Position numbers and translations under genes: made by a program. A stretch of 64,000 nucleotides of DNA, from positions 1-64,000 of the forward strand of contig CAZGJX010000001.1 of the NCBI GenBank assembly GCA_964525635.1. Reading direction: 5' to 3'. Below, in pieces: positions 41,643 to 51,918 of the stretch (its first letter is position 1; every line of letters starts with the position of its first letter). This DNA is from an uncultured archaeon. Lineage in GTDB: Archaea; Asgardarchaeota; Lokiarchaeia; Sigyniarchaeales; SOKP01. The notes beneath the pieces were generated by a model. It saw nothing but the letters and a program-made list of their open reading frames with translations, made no database searches and was not told the DNA's origin.

Positions 41643-42623
41643 TTATGTTAATTGTTCATATCCATCTTCTGTTATAAGAATAGTTTCTTCTGATTGTGCA
41701 ACATAGGCTTCTTTTTGTTCAGAAAGAACATAATGGGTTCTTAACTTTCCTTGTTGAATTAATTCCTGAAGTCCAAATACAACGCCCATTTGAAACTCAT
41801 CAGCTAGCCATCTTTCTGCAAATGGAAGAGTCTTAAAATTTGAATTAATATATCCTAAAATTCTTTTTGAACTTTTTCTTCTTAAAGGAACTCTACCTGT
41901 ATAGGGATTTAATTCATAAATACTACAAGTATTAGTATTATGGACTGATCCTACCCCTGTGGAAGCAAATATTTCAATTGCAAATATATCATCTATTTCT
42001 ATTAGATCTCCTCCCTGATTACCCAATTCAGGTAGTGATTTTTTACCATGAACGGTCCATCTTTCAATTTGATGTCCACCTAATTCTTTTATGGGATTAA
42101 AATTAAATCCTTTGACTATACTTTCAATCTTTTTTCCTATTTCTTGAGTATTAATTCCAGGTTTTACCATCATCTTGGCAGCTTCTAATGCAGTATCTGT
42201 AGCGATTATTATATTATCAAGTGATTTTTCTTCAGTAAATTTAATAGAGAAAGCTGTGTCAACAATAAATCCTTCAATATGAACTCCTAAGTCTATCTTT
42301 ACAAGATCTTTATTTTTAATTACTAATCCATCATCTTTCATAGGTGATGTGTAATGAGCAGCGATATTATTAATTCCTATATTAACTGGAAAAGCACATA
42401 AGCCGCCTAATTCCTTTATCTTCTCTTCAGTTTCTAAAACTATATCTTGTGCTTTTCTACCAATTTTTATCTTTGGTTTTATATACTCCTTAACTTTTTT
42501 CGCAATTTCTCCCGCTTTCTTTAAAGATTCTATCCTTAATCTCTTTTCTTCTTCACTTTCTCTGGGTTTTTCTTCCTTATTTTTATTAATGGGGGTTTTT
42601 TTTATAGTTTGTTTGTCACTCAT
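41643..42623 (-). CDS. map: Methionine aminopeptidase type II
   Basis: AFPVN, AAHYT, KIDLGVH..G.I.DTA, GHQI, AIE.FAS, AQSEET. Confidence 0.95.
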   Translation of the reverse strand: MSDKQTIKKTPINKNKEEKPRESEEEKRLRIESLKKAGEIAKKVKEYIKPKIKIGRKAQDIVLETEEKIKELGGLCAFPVNIGINNIAAHYTSPMKDDGLVIKNKDLVKIDLGVHIEGFIVDTAFSIKFTEEKSLDNIIIATDTALEAAKMMVKPGINTQEIGKKIESIVKGFNFNPIKELGGHQIERWTVHGKKSLPELGNQGGDLIEIDDIFAIEIFASTGVGSVHNTNTCSIYELNPYTGRVPLRRKSSKRILGYINSNFKTLPFAERWLADEFQMGVVFGLQELIQQGKLRTHYVLSEQKEAYVAQSEETILITEDGYEQLT

Positions 42624-42784
42624 AACGATTCATAATGAAAAATGGATAATAATATTTTTTAAATAATTATTAACAAATTTATATAATCTTTTTCATTATC
42701 TAAAAAAATAAATAAAATCAATATTAATATTAGTTTATAACTTATTATAATAAAATTAAATTTTAATTATTGGTTGATCTATAA

Positions 42785-43156
42785 TTGAGTGAAAACATCA
42801 GTGAACTTACCGATTTGTTAAGAAACCTTGAAGCAGTTAATTCTGATATTCAGGGTAGTGCTATCGTCTCAGTCCAAGGACTACCAATATGTTCTGCTCT
42901 ATCTAGAGATGTGAACGATGGAATTGTTAGTGCGATGAGTGCTGCTATTCTTAGTGTTTCAGAACGAGCAGTTCAGGAACTCGCAAGAGGTATTTTACAG
43001 AGAATTTTAATTGAAGGAATAGATGGTATCATTATTCTTTCAAGAGCAGGAGAAAATGCAATATTATGTACATTAGCAAAACCAGATGCTAGTTTAGGTA
43101 TGGTTTTTATACATATAACGAGTGTTTCAAAAAAAATAGCTACATTATTAGATTAA
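42785..43156 (+). CDS. Roadblock/LC7 (MglB-like) protein
   Basis: SAIVS.QGLPI.S, VSAMSAAILS..ERA..EL, ASLGMVF. Confidence 0.92.
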   Translation: MSENISELTDLLRNLEAVNSDIQGSAIVSVQGLPICSALSRDVNDGIVSAMSAAILSVSERAVQELARGILQRILIEGIDGIIILSRAGENAILCTLAKPDASLGMVFIHITSVSKKIATLLD

Positions 43157-43275
43157 ATAATATAAATTTGCTATATTCCTTTATTTAAATTTATTTGAAA
43201 CGTCTTGAACTTAATTTCTTATAATAAATAAAGAATAAAATATAATTAGAAATTTAAAAAAATAAAAATAAATTT

Positions 43276-44742
43276 TTACTCTCTTAGAGCTTGAATATTG
43301 TTAAAAATATTATCAAATCTATTTTTTATAGAACCTACTAATCCTTCTTCTTCTGAAATTACTGAATTTATAGCAGCTTTTAAACCATAATGTCCTTCTG
43401 ATATTGATACTCTAATTGGTAAAGTCAAAAATTCATTGATTAGCATAGCGATTTCTTGGAATAATTGTATTATTTTCGGAAAATTTTCTTGTGTTTTATT
43501 TATAATTGACTGTTCAGGTGATAATAATCCATTTTCTCTTTCTTGATTCAATTCTTCCCAAATATTTTCTTTAAGGGTAGAAAAATTAATTCCTAAATCT
43601 TCTAAAGCAATTTGAGCTCCTTCAAAAAGAAAATTTATATCATCTCTACCAGAATAATTTTTGATATTTTCAACCATTTCATTTGGTGCTAATCCTTCTA
43701 AGAATTTAATTAATAGATTATGATAATCTTTTACTACATCTAAAGGCACAAATAATAATACCATCTCTTTAAGTTGTTTGAAAAAATATCCTGCCACTTT
43801 GGCGATTGTTTCATTTTTTAGTAATTTCTCAATAAACCTTCCATTTTCATTAAGTAAGTGTATAAGAAGAAATCCAATAATTCTTATCATATCTTCTTCA
43901 TAATTTCTAAAATAGTCAAAAAAATGCTCTGGTTCCATATTTAATTTATCTCTAATAATATCAGCAATTCTTTTTTTGATATTTTCTAATGGTTCATCAA
44001 TTAGTTCTTCTAATTTATCGAGAGAAAAAGATTCTTGTAATTGATCTAGAAGATCTACTTTATTTTTTTGAATTACTTCCTCTTCTATATCTGATTCAAG
44101 GATTACTTTAGATAATGTTTTATCTTTTAATTTTAATTGAGTCATTTTTTTCCATTCATTATAATCATAGATTTTACATAACAACTGAAGGCAATTATCA
44201 CCTTTTCCCATGCATTTTTGTTCTACAATTTTTATCCTATAATTATTTTTTTTTACTTTTAAGATAAAATTTGCAACACCTTGAAGCATTCCACATAATC
44301 CACAAGCCATTCCTTCTGTTTTATTACCCAATTTCGATATATTAAATGTATCTTCTGGTGATGTACCATAACTTGCACATATTGGACAGTGTTTAATCTT
44401 TAAAAGATAACTATTATAAATGGAATTTTCTTCTGAAATTTCTTCATAATCTAGCTCTTCTAATTCTTTACCAAATACAACTACCCATAATAATTCAAAA
44501 TAGTCTACAACTTTATCTGGACTTCCAGGCATGAATTTAAATATTGCAGAATGACGTTCACATGACTCCATTGCTGCTTGTTTCCCAACCTCCCTCATTA
44601 CCAATAGACTTAATTCTTCATCTTTAGTAATTTCATTGATTTCTTTGAGAATTTCTCTATAAATTAATGAATAGAATAAAGAACTAGTATTCCGACCAAA
44701 TGCTTTAGATATTTTTTTCATTAACCATTGAACGATTCCCAT
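43276..44742 (-). CDS. V4R-domain protein with helical C-terminal region
   Basis: REVGKQAA, CPIC, CGLCG.LQG, EQKC..KGD..C (V4R Cys pattern). Confidence 0.7.
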   Translation of the reverse strand: MGIVQWLMKKISKAFGRNTSSLFYSLIYREILKEINEITKDEELSLLVMREVGKQAAMESCERHSAIFKFMPGSPDKVVDYFELLWVVVFGKELEELDYEEISEENSIYNSYLLKIKHCPICASYGTSPEDTFNISKLGNKTEGMACGLCGMLQGVANFILKVKKNNYRIKIVEQKCMGKGDNCLQLLCKIYDYNEWKKMTQLKLKDKTLSKVILESDIEEEVIQKNKVDLLDQLQESFSLDKLEELIDEPLENIKKRIADIIRDKLNMEPEHFFDYFRNYEEDMIRIIGFLLIHLLNENGRFIEKLLKNETIAKVAGYFFKQLKEMVLLFVPLDVVKDYHNLLIKFLEGLAPNEMVENIKNYSGRDDINFLFEGAQIALEDLGINFSTLKENIWEELNQERENGLLSPEQSIINKTQENFPKIIQLFQEIAMLINEFLTLPIRVSISEGHYGLKAAINSVISEEEGLVGSIKNRFDNIFNNIQALRE

Positions 44743-45254
44743 TACATTCCACCTTCAATTTTATATTTAAATATTTGAACGCAATATTTATTTCCAAATG
44801 TTTTTGATTCTTGAATTTTTAATGGTTCAATTAATAGGATTGTTTTATTTTTTGAATTAATATTAATAATATTTATAAATTCAGATATTAATCCTAAGAG
44901 AATTTCACATCCAGCAATTTGAATATCATCATATTCATATTTACATAATGCACAGTTGGTATCATTAACAATGATTAATTGTTCATTTTCATTCAATTCC
45001 ACTGAAATCGAGCTTTTTAAAACTTTTTTATATATTGTAGCAATCACATCCCTAATATTATTTAAATCAACTAGTTCAGTTGGACTCCAATATTTAATAT
45101 AGGTTTTAGAAATATTCTTACCAATTCTTTGCATTCTCTCTTTTTTATCATCAATATTATTTTTTGCCATAAAACGAGCCAGATGATAAATTGCATTTCT
45201 TAATTGATTTATTGCAGCATCAGCATGTAATAATTCATTTCTTGAGTAATTCAT
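44742..45254 (-). CDS. V4R/Bet3-fold-like small protein
   Basis: RIGKNI, CALC, GCEILLG, ESK..G...C; abuts the larger V4R gene. Confidence 0.6.
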   Translation of the reverse strand: MNYSRNELLHADAAINQLRNAIYHLARFMAKNNIDDKKERMQRIGKNISKTYIKYWSPTELVDLNNIRDVIATIYKKVLKSSISVELNENEQLIIVNDTNCALCKYEYDDIQIAGCEILLGLISEFINIININSKNKTILLIEPLKIQESKTFGNKYCVQIFKYKIEGGM

Positions 45255-45460
45255 TATTTTTACTAAATATGTTTAATGTTTATGATATTATGTGAAAAAA
45301 TAGAAGATATTTAAAATTTTTAATTAGATTAAAAATATTATTTGTATCTATTTCAAGATATTAATTTCTAAATTATTATTAAATAATAATTATTATCATA
45401 TGATTTTATCTAATTAAATTAAAATTATCAAGAAAAATAGTATATATTATTATAATATAG

Positions 45461-45846
45461 TTACATTTGTTCTATAATTGCTCTCAACATATCTTCTCCA
45501 CATGCTCCCACCATTTTTCCATTTTGTATATGATTTTGACCATTTACTTCTATATTTTTTTCTATTAATTCCCCATCTTTGAAAAACAACAGGGTTGGGA
45601 TTGCGTGTATATTAAACATATTACCCAATGGTCTATTTTGATCTAAATCAACTTGTATTATATTTATTAATCCTTCATCTCTTAGCTTATGTAAAATTGG
45701 TGTGATGAACTTTCATGATGATTTATCTAATTATTAAATCATTTGCATGGTCCGCACCAAACAGTATAAATATCTATGATAAGCTTTCCTTTTTTCATTT
45801 CCTCTGTAACTGGAATGTTCACATCTTTTAATTTATCGATATTCAT
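45461..45846 (-). CDS. trxA: Thioredoxin, 117 aa after removal of a 32-nt intron (exons 45846-45744 and 45711-45461)
   Basis: Spliced product MNIDKLKD...IIDIYTVWCGPCK|FITPILHKL...QVDLDQN...FNIHAIPTLLFFKDG...MVGA; absent from the ORF track. Confidence 0.9.
45712..45743 (-). other. BHB-type intron in thioredoxin mRNA (32 nt)
   Basis: mRNA GGAC-CAUG-CA^A-AUGAUUUA-(9-nt loop)-UAAAUCAU-CAUG-AA^A-GUUC: canonical 3-4-3 BHB; the cuts restore UGC AAG UUC. Confidence 0.88.
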
Positions 45847-46237
45847 TTGTTCTCATCTTATATTAAATATTTTATTTAAATATCTTTTTTAAGATTTTCT
45901 CTTATTAAGTTTTTAAGATATATTTACATTAAGTAAATTGTAATATTTATTTTTTATATTTTAAATATAAATCAAAAAGATATTAATACAATAAAATTTA
46001 TGTTAAATTCTAGCTAAATTGTTTAAATTGATTTAAGAATAAATCATTTAATTTCTATCAATTAAATTGATATTTCTTAAAATATTTTAATTGGTGATTA
46101 AACAGTATATTTAAGTTAATATCTATATTCTATTTTTATTTCTTAAATAAGGAAATAATTAGAATAAAATTTAAATTCTATGAAGAGAAATTTAAAATAA
46201 TCTATAGTAGTTAAATAAATTAATAATATATTTTGTT

Positions 46238-46744
46238 ATGTTAACAATAGATTTTGATTTTCGAAACCAAATCATTCAGTCTGATATTGGAAAAACATTG
46301 GTATATTGTTACCAATGTGCTACTTGTTCTGGAGCCTGTCCAGTAGCACAAGTAACTAATGGACGCTATAATCCAAGAAGACTAATTTTAACATCATTAT
46401 TAGGTTTAAAAGAAAAGATATTTGGTGCTGAAAATTCTTTTGAGATTTGGGGGTGTACAGTGTGTGATACATGCGATGAACTATGTCCACAAAAAGTTGA
46501 ACTTACAGAAATATTTACAATACTTAAGAATATCAGCGTAGAGCGAGGAGAGGCTCCCGATCATTATACTATGCAGGCATCAACTATATTGGAAAATGGT
46601 AAAGCAATTCCAATGCAGAGTGCCATAGAAAGGAGAAGAGAACAATTAGGATTGCCTAAAATTGTAAATCCAGATATTAATGAGGTAAAAAAGCTTTTAA
46701 AAGCTACTGAATTAGAAAAAAAAATCCCTAAACAAGAAAAATAA
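46238..46744 (+). CDS. hdrC: Heterodisulfide reductase subunit C-like Fe-S protein
   Basis: CYQCATCSGACP, NPRR, W.CTVCDTCDELCPQ. Confidence 0.85.
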   Translation: MLTIDFDFRNQIIQSDIGKTLVYCYQCATCSGACPVAQVTNGRYNPRRLILTSLLGLKEKIFGAENSFEIWGCTVCDTCDELCPQKVELTEIFTILKNISVERGEAPDHYTMQASTILENGKAIPMQSAIERRREQLGLPKIVNPDINEVKKLLKATELEKKIPKQEK

Positions 46745-46896
46745 GGTTTTCCTTCTTTAGTTTATTTTTTTTTTATTAGTACCTATAAATCTATCAAAGA
46801 TGGAGAAAGTGATGTTTGATTTTTACAAAATTTTTTAGATTTATATTAATTTTCAAAGATCAATTTTAGAATTATTTTGTTTTAGAGGTATCAAAT

Positions 46897-47664
46897 TTGA
46901 GAAGAATACCAATTATTGGTGGAAATTGGAAGATGCATCGAGGTACTCCTGAAGATGCTAAAGAAATGTTAGAAGAATTTATACAATTAGTTAAAGATAT
47001 TGAAAATGTTGAAATAGTCATTGTCCCCCCATATACTGCATTATCTGTGGTAAACGTCGTAAAGAACACTAATATAAAAATTGGTGCTCAAAACATGTAT
47101 TATGAGGATAAAGGGGCTTTTACAGGTGAGATATCACCTAGGTTTTTGAAGGCACTTGGATGTGAATATGTAATTCTTGGTCATAGTGAAAGAAGAGACA
47201 TTTTTAAGGAAGATGATGATCTAATAAATAAAAAATTAAAAAAAGCTTTATTGATGGAATTAAATCCTATTGTATGTATTGGTGAGCATTTAGAAGAAAG
47301 AGAAGCAGGGAAAACAAAAGATGTAATTCGAACACAGATTGAAGGAACATTTAAAGATTTAACAAAAGAACAGATGATTAAAATAGTTATTGCTTATGAA
47401 CCTATATGGGCAATAGGTACAGGAAAAACAGCAACTCCTGATCAAGCAGATGAAGTTCATCAATATATTCGAGATCTCCTAAATGAAAAATATGATAATG
47501 AAACTGCAGAATTAGTAAGAATTCAATATGGAGGATCTGTTAAACCAACTAATGCTCTAGAGCTTTTCCAAAAGAGCAATATAGATGGTGGTTTAGTAGG
47601 AGGTGCCTCCTTAAATGCAGATTCTTTTTCAGAAATAATAAAAGCTGCTGAAAATTCAAATTAA
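46897..47664 (+). CDS. tpiA: Triosephosphate isomerase, bacterial type
   Basis: GGNWKM, GAFTGEIS, GHSERR, AYEPIWAIGTG, YGGSV, LVGGASL. Confidence 0.96.
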   Translation: MRRIPIIGGNWKMHRGTPEDAKEMLEEFIQLVKDIENVEIVIVPPYTALSVVNVVKNTNIKIGAQNMYYEDKGAFTGEISPRFLKALGCEYVILGHSERRDIFKEDDDLINKKLKKALLMELNPIVCIGEHLEEREAGKTKDVIRTQIEGTFKDLTKEQMIKIVIAYEPIWAIGTGKTATPDQADEVHQYIRDLLNEKYDNETAELVRIQYGGSVKPTNALELFQKSNIDGGLVGGASLNADSFSEIIKAAENSN

Positions 47665-47888
47665 ATTACATTTCTTATTTTATTTTATTAAATTTCTAAT
47701 ATTAATCATTTATTTATCATAAATATTAACACTATTTTCAAATTATTTAAATAATTTTTAAAAAAACAAAATAAAATAAACATACGAAAAATATAGTTTT
47801 GTAATCATTTTTATTAATATTTTTTATAAAATTTCAATGAACTATTGAAGCAATGTTCTTTTATATATAAAAAAAATATAATATATTA

Positions 47889-48764
47889 ATGACAATTTAT
47901 GAGCTTAATATAATATCTACAACTGGTTTTCCCTACTATAATAAAATTTTAAAACCTATTCCAAAAGGAGTAAATGTTTTTTTAAGATTTTTTGATTTTT
48001 CTAAAGATAATAGAGAAGATTTACCAAATGACGAAGCTGATTTAATGTTCGATTTAAAAGCAGGATTAATTTCCGCCCTGTTTGAATTCGCTCGTAATAT
48101 TGATAAAAAAATAAAAATTTTAGAATTTAAACCCAAACCTTCGGTGGATTATAATTCAAAAACAAAGGAAAATGAAATAAAAATAGAAGGAGACGTTTTA
48201 ATAACGGTTACAACAGAATCTTATCTTCTACATAATCAAATTCGTAAAAAAATAAATCTAATATATAATGATTTTATAACGTCTATAATTCCTTTAGACT
48301 CTGCATATGAGATTCCTAATGTTGAAGAGAATAATCTAATTGATTTATTAGTTGATATGAAAGCTAAAAACCATATAAATCATAAAAAGAAAGAGCTTAG
48401 TAATAATGCTAAAAAGCTTCTTAATGAAATGGATCAATATGGCTTAAGAGGAATCGTTTGTACAAGTTTTGATTTAAGCCCAATTATTTGTTTTTCAAAA
48501 GAAAATAGATATTCCTTACAGGATATAGACATTATTCTTAGAAATATTGGAAATATACCAGATATAGAACCATATGAATGGAAATATAGACAATCGATTT
48601 ATAACAGTAAACCAATATGGGTTTTTATAATTAATAGTGGGGTGGGGGTGACTATCAAAGGTCTTTTTGAACCTTATTACTATCTATTATTAGCAGAACC
48701 TAATTCTTATATAGGGGAGTTTCCAAAAAAATTAACCTCCGAATTTAACCAAATATTAGGTTAG
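47889..48764 (+). CDS. Hypothetical protein, possibly longin-like
   Basis: N-terminal IYELNIIS.TG.PYY and GLISALF.FA resemble Asgard longin-like domains. Confidence 0.45.
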   Translation: MTIYELNIISTTGFPYYNKILKPIPKGVNVFLRFFDFSKDNREDLPNDEADLMFDLKAGLISALFEFARNIDKKIKILEFKPKPSVDYNSKTKENEIKIEGDVLITVTTESYLLHNQIRKKINLIYNDFITSIIPLDSAYEIPNVEENNLIDLLVDMKAKNHINHKKKELSNNAKKLLNEMDQYGLRGIVCTSFDLSPIICFSKENRYSLQDIDIILRNIGNIPDIEPYEWKYRQSIYNSKPIWVFIINSGVGVTIKGLFEPYYYLLLAEPNSYIGEFPKKLTSEFNQILG

Positions 48765-48843
48765 ATATTTATAATATCATTTTATTATATTGTATCGATA
48801 AATATTACCTTTAAAATAAAAAGACATAAAGTTACAATAAAAT

Positions 48844-51636
48844 TTATTTTATAACTATACTTGGTCTTCCAGGTAGAGCCTGATTAGCTTTATTTTCCTT
48901 TGTTTCCTTCTCAAATAAAATTTCCACTTGACAATCATATTTTTTTCGAATAATAAATTTAATATCTTCAAAGAAATTAAATTCTTCATCTTGAGATAAA
49001 GAAAACTTCGAGAATTTTCCTATATTTTTCAATATTTTATTTACAGTTTGACTAATGAATTTCCCATGTGGTTTCAGATTAGAATCTTTCATAATTTGAG
49101 TCATTATTTCTCCCTGATTTATTGTTTTCTGCATTAGTTTAAATAATTGAGAGTAAAATGTATATTTCCATTTATCAGCAATTATGATCAATATTTTTTC
49201 TAAAGAATCTTTTTTTACAACATGTTTAATATTATTAATATCATCTAAAGTACTATCCAATAAATTCCATTTAAATTCGTTTTCTTCTGTTAGAACATGC
49301 TCGTTACATTCTATCCAAGGGGCTATACTCAAATAATCTTTATTCCCCATAATTTCCCAAACTTCTTCTGTCATATGAGGAGCAATTGGATGTAATAAAA
49401 TAAGTAGTGTTTTAATACACTGATTATATACATCTTCAAAAATTCCTTCATTTTTATATTTAATAATTTCTGAAGTAAATTCAATGATATTATTAACAGC
49501 ATCTCTAATAGCTAATTTATTCATTTGTTCTAAAGTTTCCTTAATGATTTTATTCATATAATAATTCATTAAAAGATCTCTAACATTTTTATTATTTCTT
49601 TTCATTTTTGGAGGATTTGCTAAGAGAGAGAAAGTATTTCGTATAAATTTTGATGCAAAACCAATTCCCTCTTCAGAGAATTCCAATCCAGACTCTGGAC
49701 TAGCACCAAATAATACAAAAAACCTAGCAGAATCAGCCCCGTACTTGTTTATAATTTCATCTGGATTTACAGTGTTACCATAGCTTTTACTCATCTTTAC
49801 ACTTCTTATGATATATTTTGTCCCACAAAATTTACATGTTTCATCATCCATTTCTGATTTCATTGCAAATCTATTACAATTTAAACAATAAGGATGGGAT
49901 TTATTAATCATTCCTTGTGTTAACAATCTTTGAAATGGTTCATCAAACTTATGTAATCCCAAGTCTCGAGAAACTTTTGTAAAGAATCTTGCATATATTA
50001 AATGCATTACAGCATGTTCGACGCCACCAATATATTGATCCACATTTCCCCAATAATTTACGATATCTTTTCTATATGGAATATCTAAATTATGATAAGG
50101 AGGATCACAAAAAGCAAAGAAATACCAAGAACTATCAATAAATGTATCCATTGTGTCAGTTTCACGTTTAGCTGGCTTTCCACATTTGGGACAGTTGGTA
50201 TTTATAAATTTTTCACTAGTTTTTAATGGATTTCCTGATCCCGTAAAAATCACATCTTTTGGTAATAATACGGGTAATTCTTCAAAAGTCACAGGTACAG
50301 TACCACATTTTTCACAATAAATAATAGGGATGGGACATCCCCAATAACGTTGACGAGATATCCCCCAGTCTCTTAATTTATAATTGATCGTAGGATATCC
50401 TTTTCCTATTTTTTCTAATTTCTCGGTAATTGCTTTAATAGCATTACGATTTTCTAAACCATTGAATTCAACAGAATTTACAAGCACTCCATCACCTTCA
50501 AAAGCTCTATTCATTTTTTCAGCATTTATTTCATATTCATGAGGTTGGATTACAACTTTTATTGGAATATCATATTCTTTAGCAAATTCAAAGTCACGTT
50601 GATCGTGTGCAGGAACAGCCATTACTGCTCCAGCACCATATTCGTAAACTATAAAATTACCAATATATACAGGAATTTTTTCATTGGTCATAGGATTTAT
50701 ACAGTATTTTCCAATAAACATCCCTTTTTTCTCTACTTCAATATCTGTTCTTTTAAACTTGTCTTCTTTCATAATTTCATTATATAATTTTTCAAATGGT
50801 TTTTCATACTCAGTACCTTTTATCCATTCATGAATCCATGGATGTTCTGGAGCAAAAATCATAAATGTGACTCCAAAGAGAGTATCTGGACGTGTTGTAA
50901 AAATATCAATTGTTTTATCCATTCCAATTATTGGAAATTTAATTATTGTTCCTACACTTCTTCCAATCCAATTTTTTTGCATTATTTTTACTTTTTCAGG
51001 CCAATCAACTGTTTCTAATCCATCTAATAATTCTTCAGCATAATCTCTTATTTTTAAGAACCATTGAGTGAGAAATTTTTGCTCAACTTCAGTATTACAT
51101 CTCCAACATTTTCCTCCTTGAGCTTGTTCATTAGCTAAAACAGTTTTACATTTTATACACCAATTTACATAACTCTTTTGTCTATAAGCAAGCCCTTTTT
51201 CATACATTTTAAGAAAAAAATATTGATCAAATTTATAATAATTTGGATCATGACTATAGATTTCTCTTTTCCAATCATACGATAATCCTATTCTTTTTTG
51301 TTGTTCTTTCATGAAAGATATATTTGAATCAGTCCATTCTTCAGGTTTAATATTTTTATCGATTGCAGCATTTTCTGCTGGCATTCCAAAAGAATCATAG
51401 CCCATAGGATATAGTACATTAAACCCATTCATTCTTTTATATCTAGCATAACAATCACCAATTGTATAATTTCTTAAATGTCCCATGTGGAGTTTTCCAG
51501 AAGGATATGGATACATTTCAAGAATATAATATTTCTTTTTCTTTTTATCAACTTCAACTTCAAAAATTTTATCCTCTTCCCACTTTTTTTGCCATTTTTG
51601 TTCTACTGTATGGGGATCATATTCAGAATCTATCAT
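48844..51636 (-). CDS. leuS: Leucine--tRNA ligase
   Basis: MYPYPSG.LHMGH, TTRPDT, GAVMAVPAHDQRD, DW.ISRQRYWG, KMSKS. Confidence 0.97.
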   Translation of the reverse strand: MIDSEYDPHTVEQKWQKKWEEDKIFEVEVDKKKKKYYILEMYPYPSGKLHMGHLRNYTIGDCYARYKRMNGFNVLYPMGYDSFGMPAENAAIDKNIKPEEWTDSNISFMKEQQKRIGLSYDWKREIYSHDPNYYKFDQYFFLKMYEKGLAYRQKSYVNWCIKCKTVLANEQAQGGKCWRCNTEVEQKFLTQWFLKIRDYAEELLDGLETVDWPEKVKIMQKNWIGRSVGTIIKFPIIGMDKTIDIFTTRPDTLFGVTFMIFAPEHPWIHEWIKGTEYEKPFEKLYNEIMKEDKFKRTDIEVEKKGMFIGKYCINPMTNEKIPVYIGNFIVYEYGAGAVMAVPAHDQRDFEFAKEYDIPIKVVIQPHEYEINAEKMNRAFEGDGVLVNSVEFNGLENRNAIKAITEKLEKIGKGYPTINYKLRDWGISRQRYWGCPIPIIYCEKCGTVPVTFEELPVLLPKDVIFTGSGNPLKTSEKFINTNCPKCGKPAKRETDTMDTFIDSSWYFFAFCDPPYHNLDIPYRKDIVNYWGNVDQYIGGVEHAVMHLIYARFFTKVSRDLGLHKFDEPFQRLLTQGMINKSHPYCLNCNRFAMKSEMDDETCKFCGTKYIIRSVKMSKSYGNTVNPDEIINKYGADSARFFVLFGASPESGLEFSEEGIGFASKFIRNTFSLLANPPKMKRNNKNVRDLLMNYYMNKIIKETLEQMNKLAIRDAVNNIIEFTSEIIKYKNEGIFEDVYNQCIKTLLILLHPIAPHMTEEVWEIMGNKDYLSIAPWIECNEHVLTEENEFKWNLLDSTLDDINNIKHVVKKDSLEKILIIIADKWKYTFYSQLFKLMQKTINQGEIMTQIMKDSNLKPHGKFISQTVNKILKNIGKFSKFSLSQDEEFNFFEDIKFIIRKKYDCQVEILFEKETKENKANQALPGRPSIVIK

Positions 51637-51918
51637 TTGTTAAGAAAAATATGTTTATAATTTACCTAAATAGATAAAATATTTATTAAAAAAATATGGA
51701 GTGGAATAAATTATTTTCGATATAGGAGTCTATCTGAAAGGATAAAGGAAATTACAAATAAGTATAATTCATAATTTATTTTTTTATAGCAATAATATAT
51801 TAGAATTATAAATTTTTTAAAACTTTCTTCAAATCTATAATAATGGAAATTTATATTGTTATTATATTAATTTAACACTCTCTTAATTTTTTTTAGATAT
51901 ATTCTAATTTTTATAATT

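Noticed and set aside
45739-45741. UGA right after CGPCK read as selenocysteine
   Set aside because: It is not at a Cys position, a UAG follows four codons later, and the downstream thioredoxin half is in another frame. Intron removal explains it fully.
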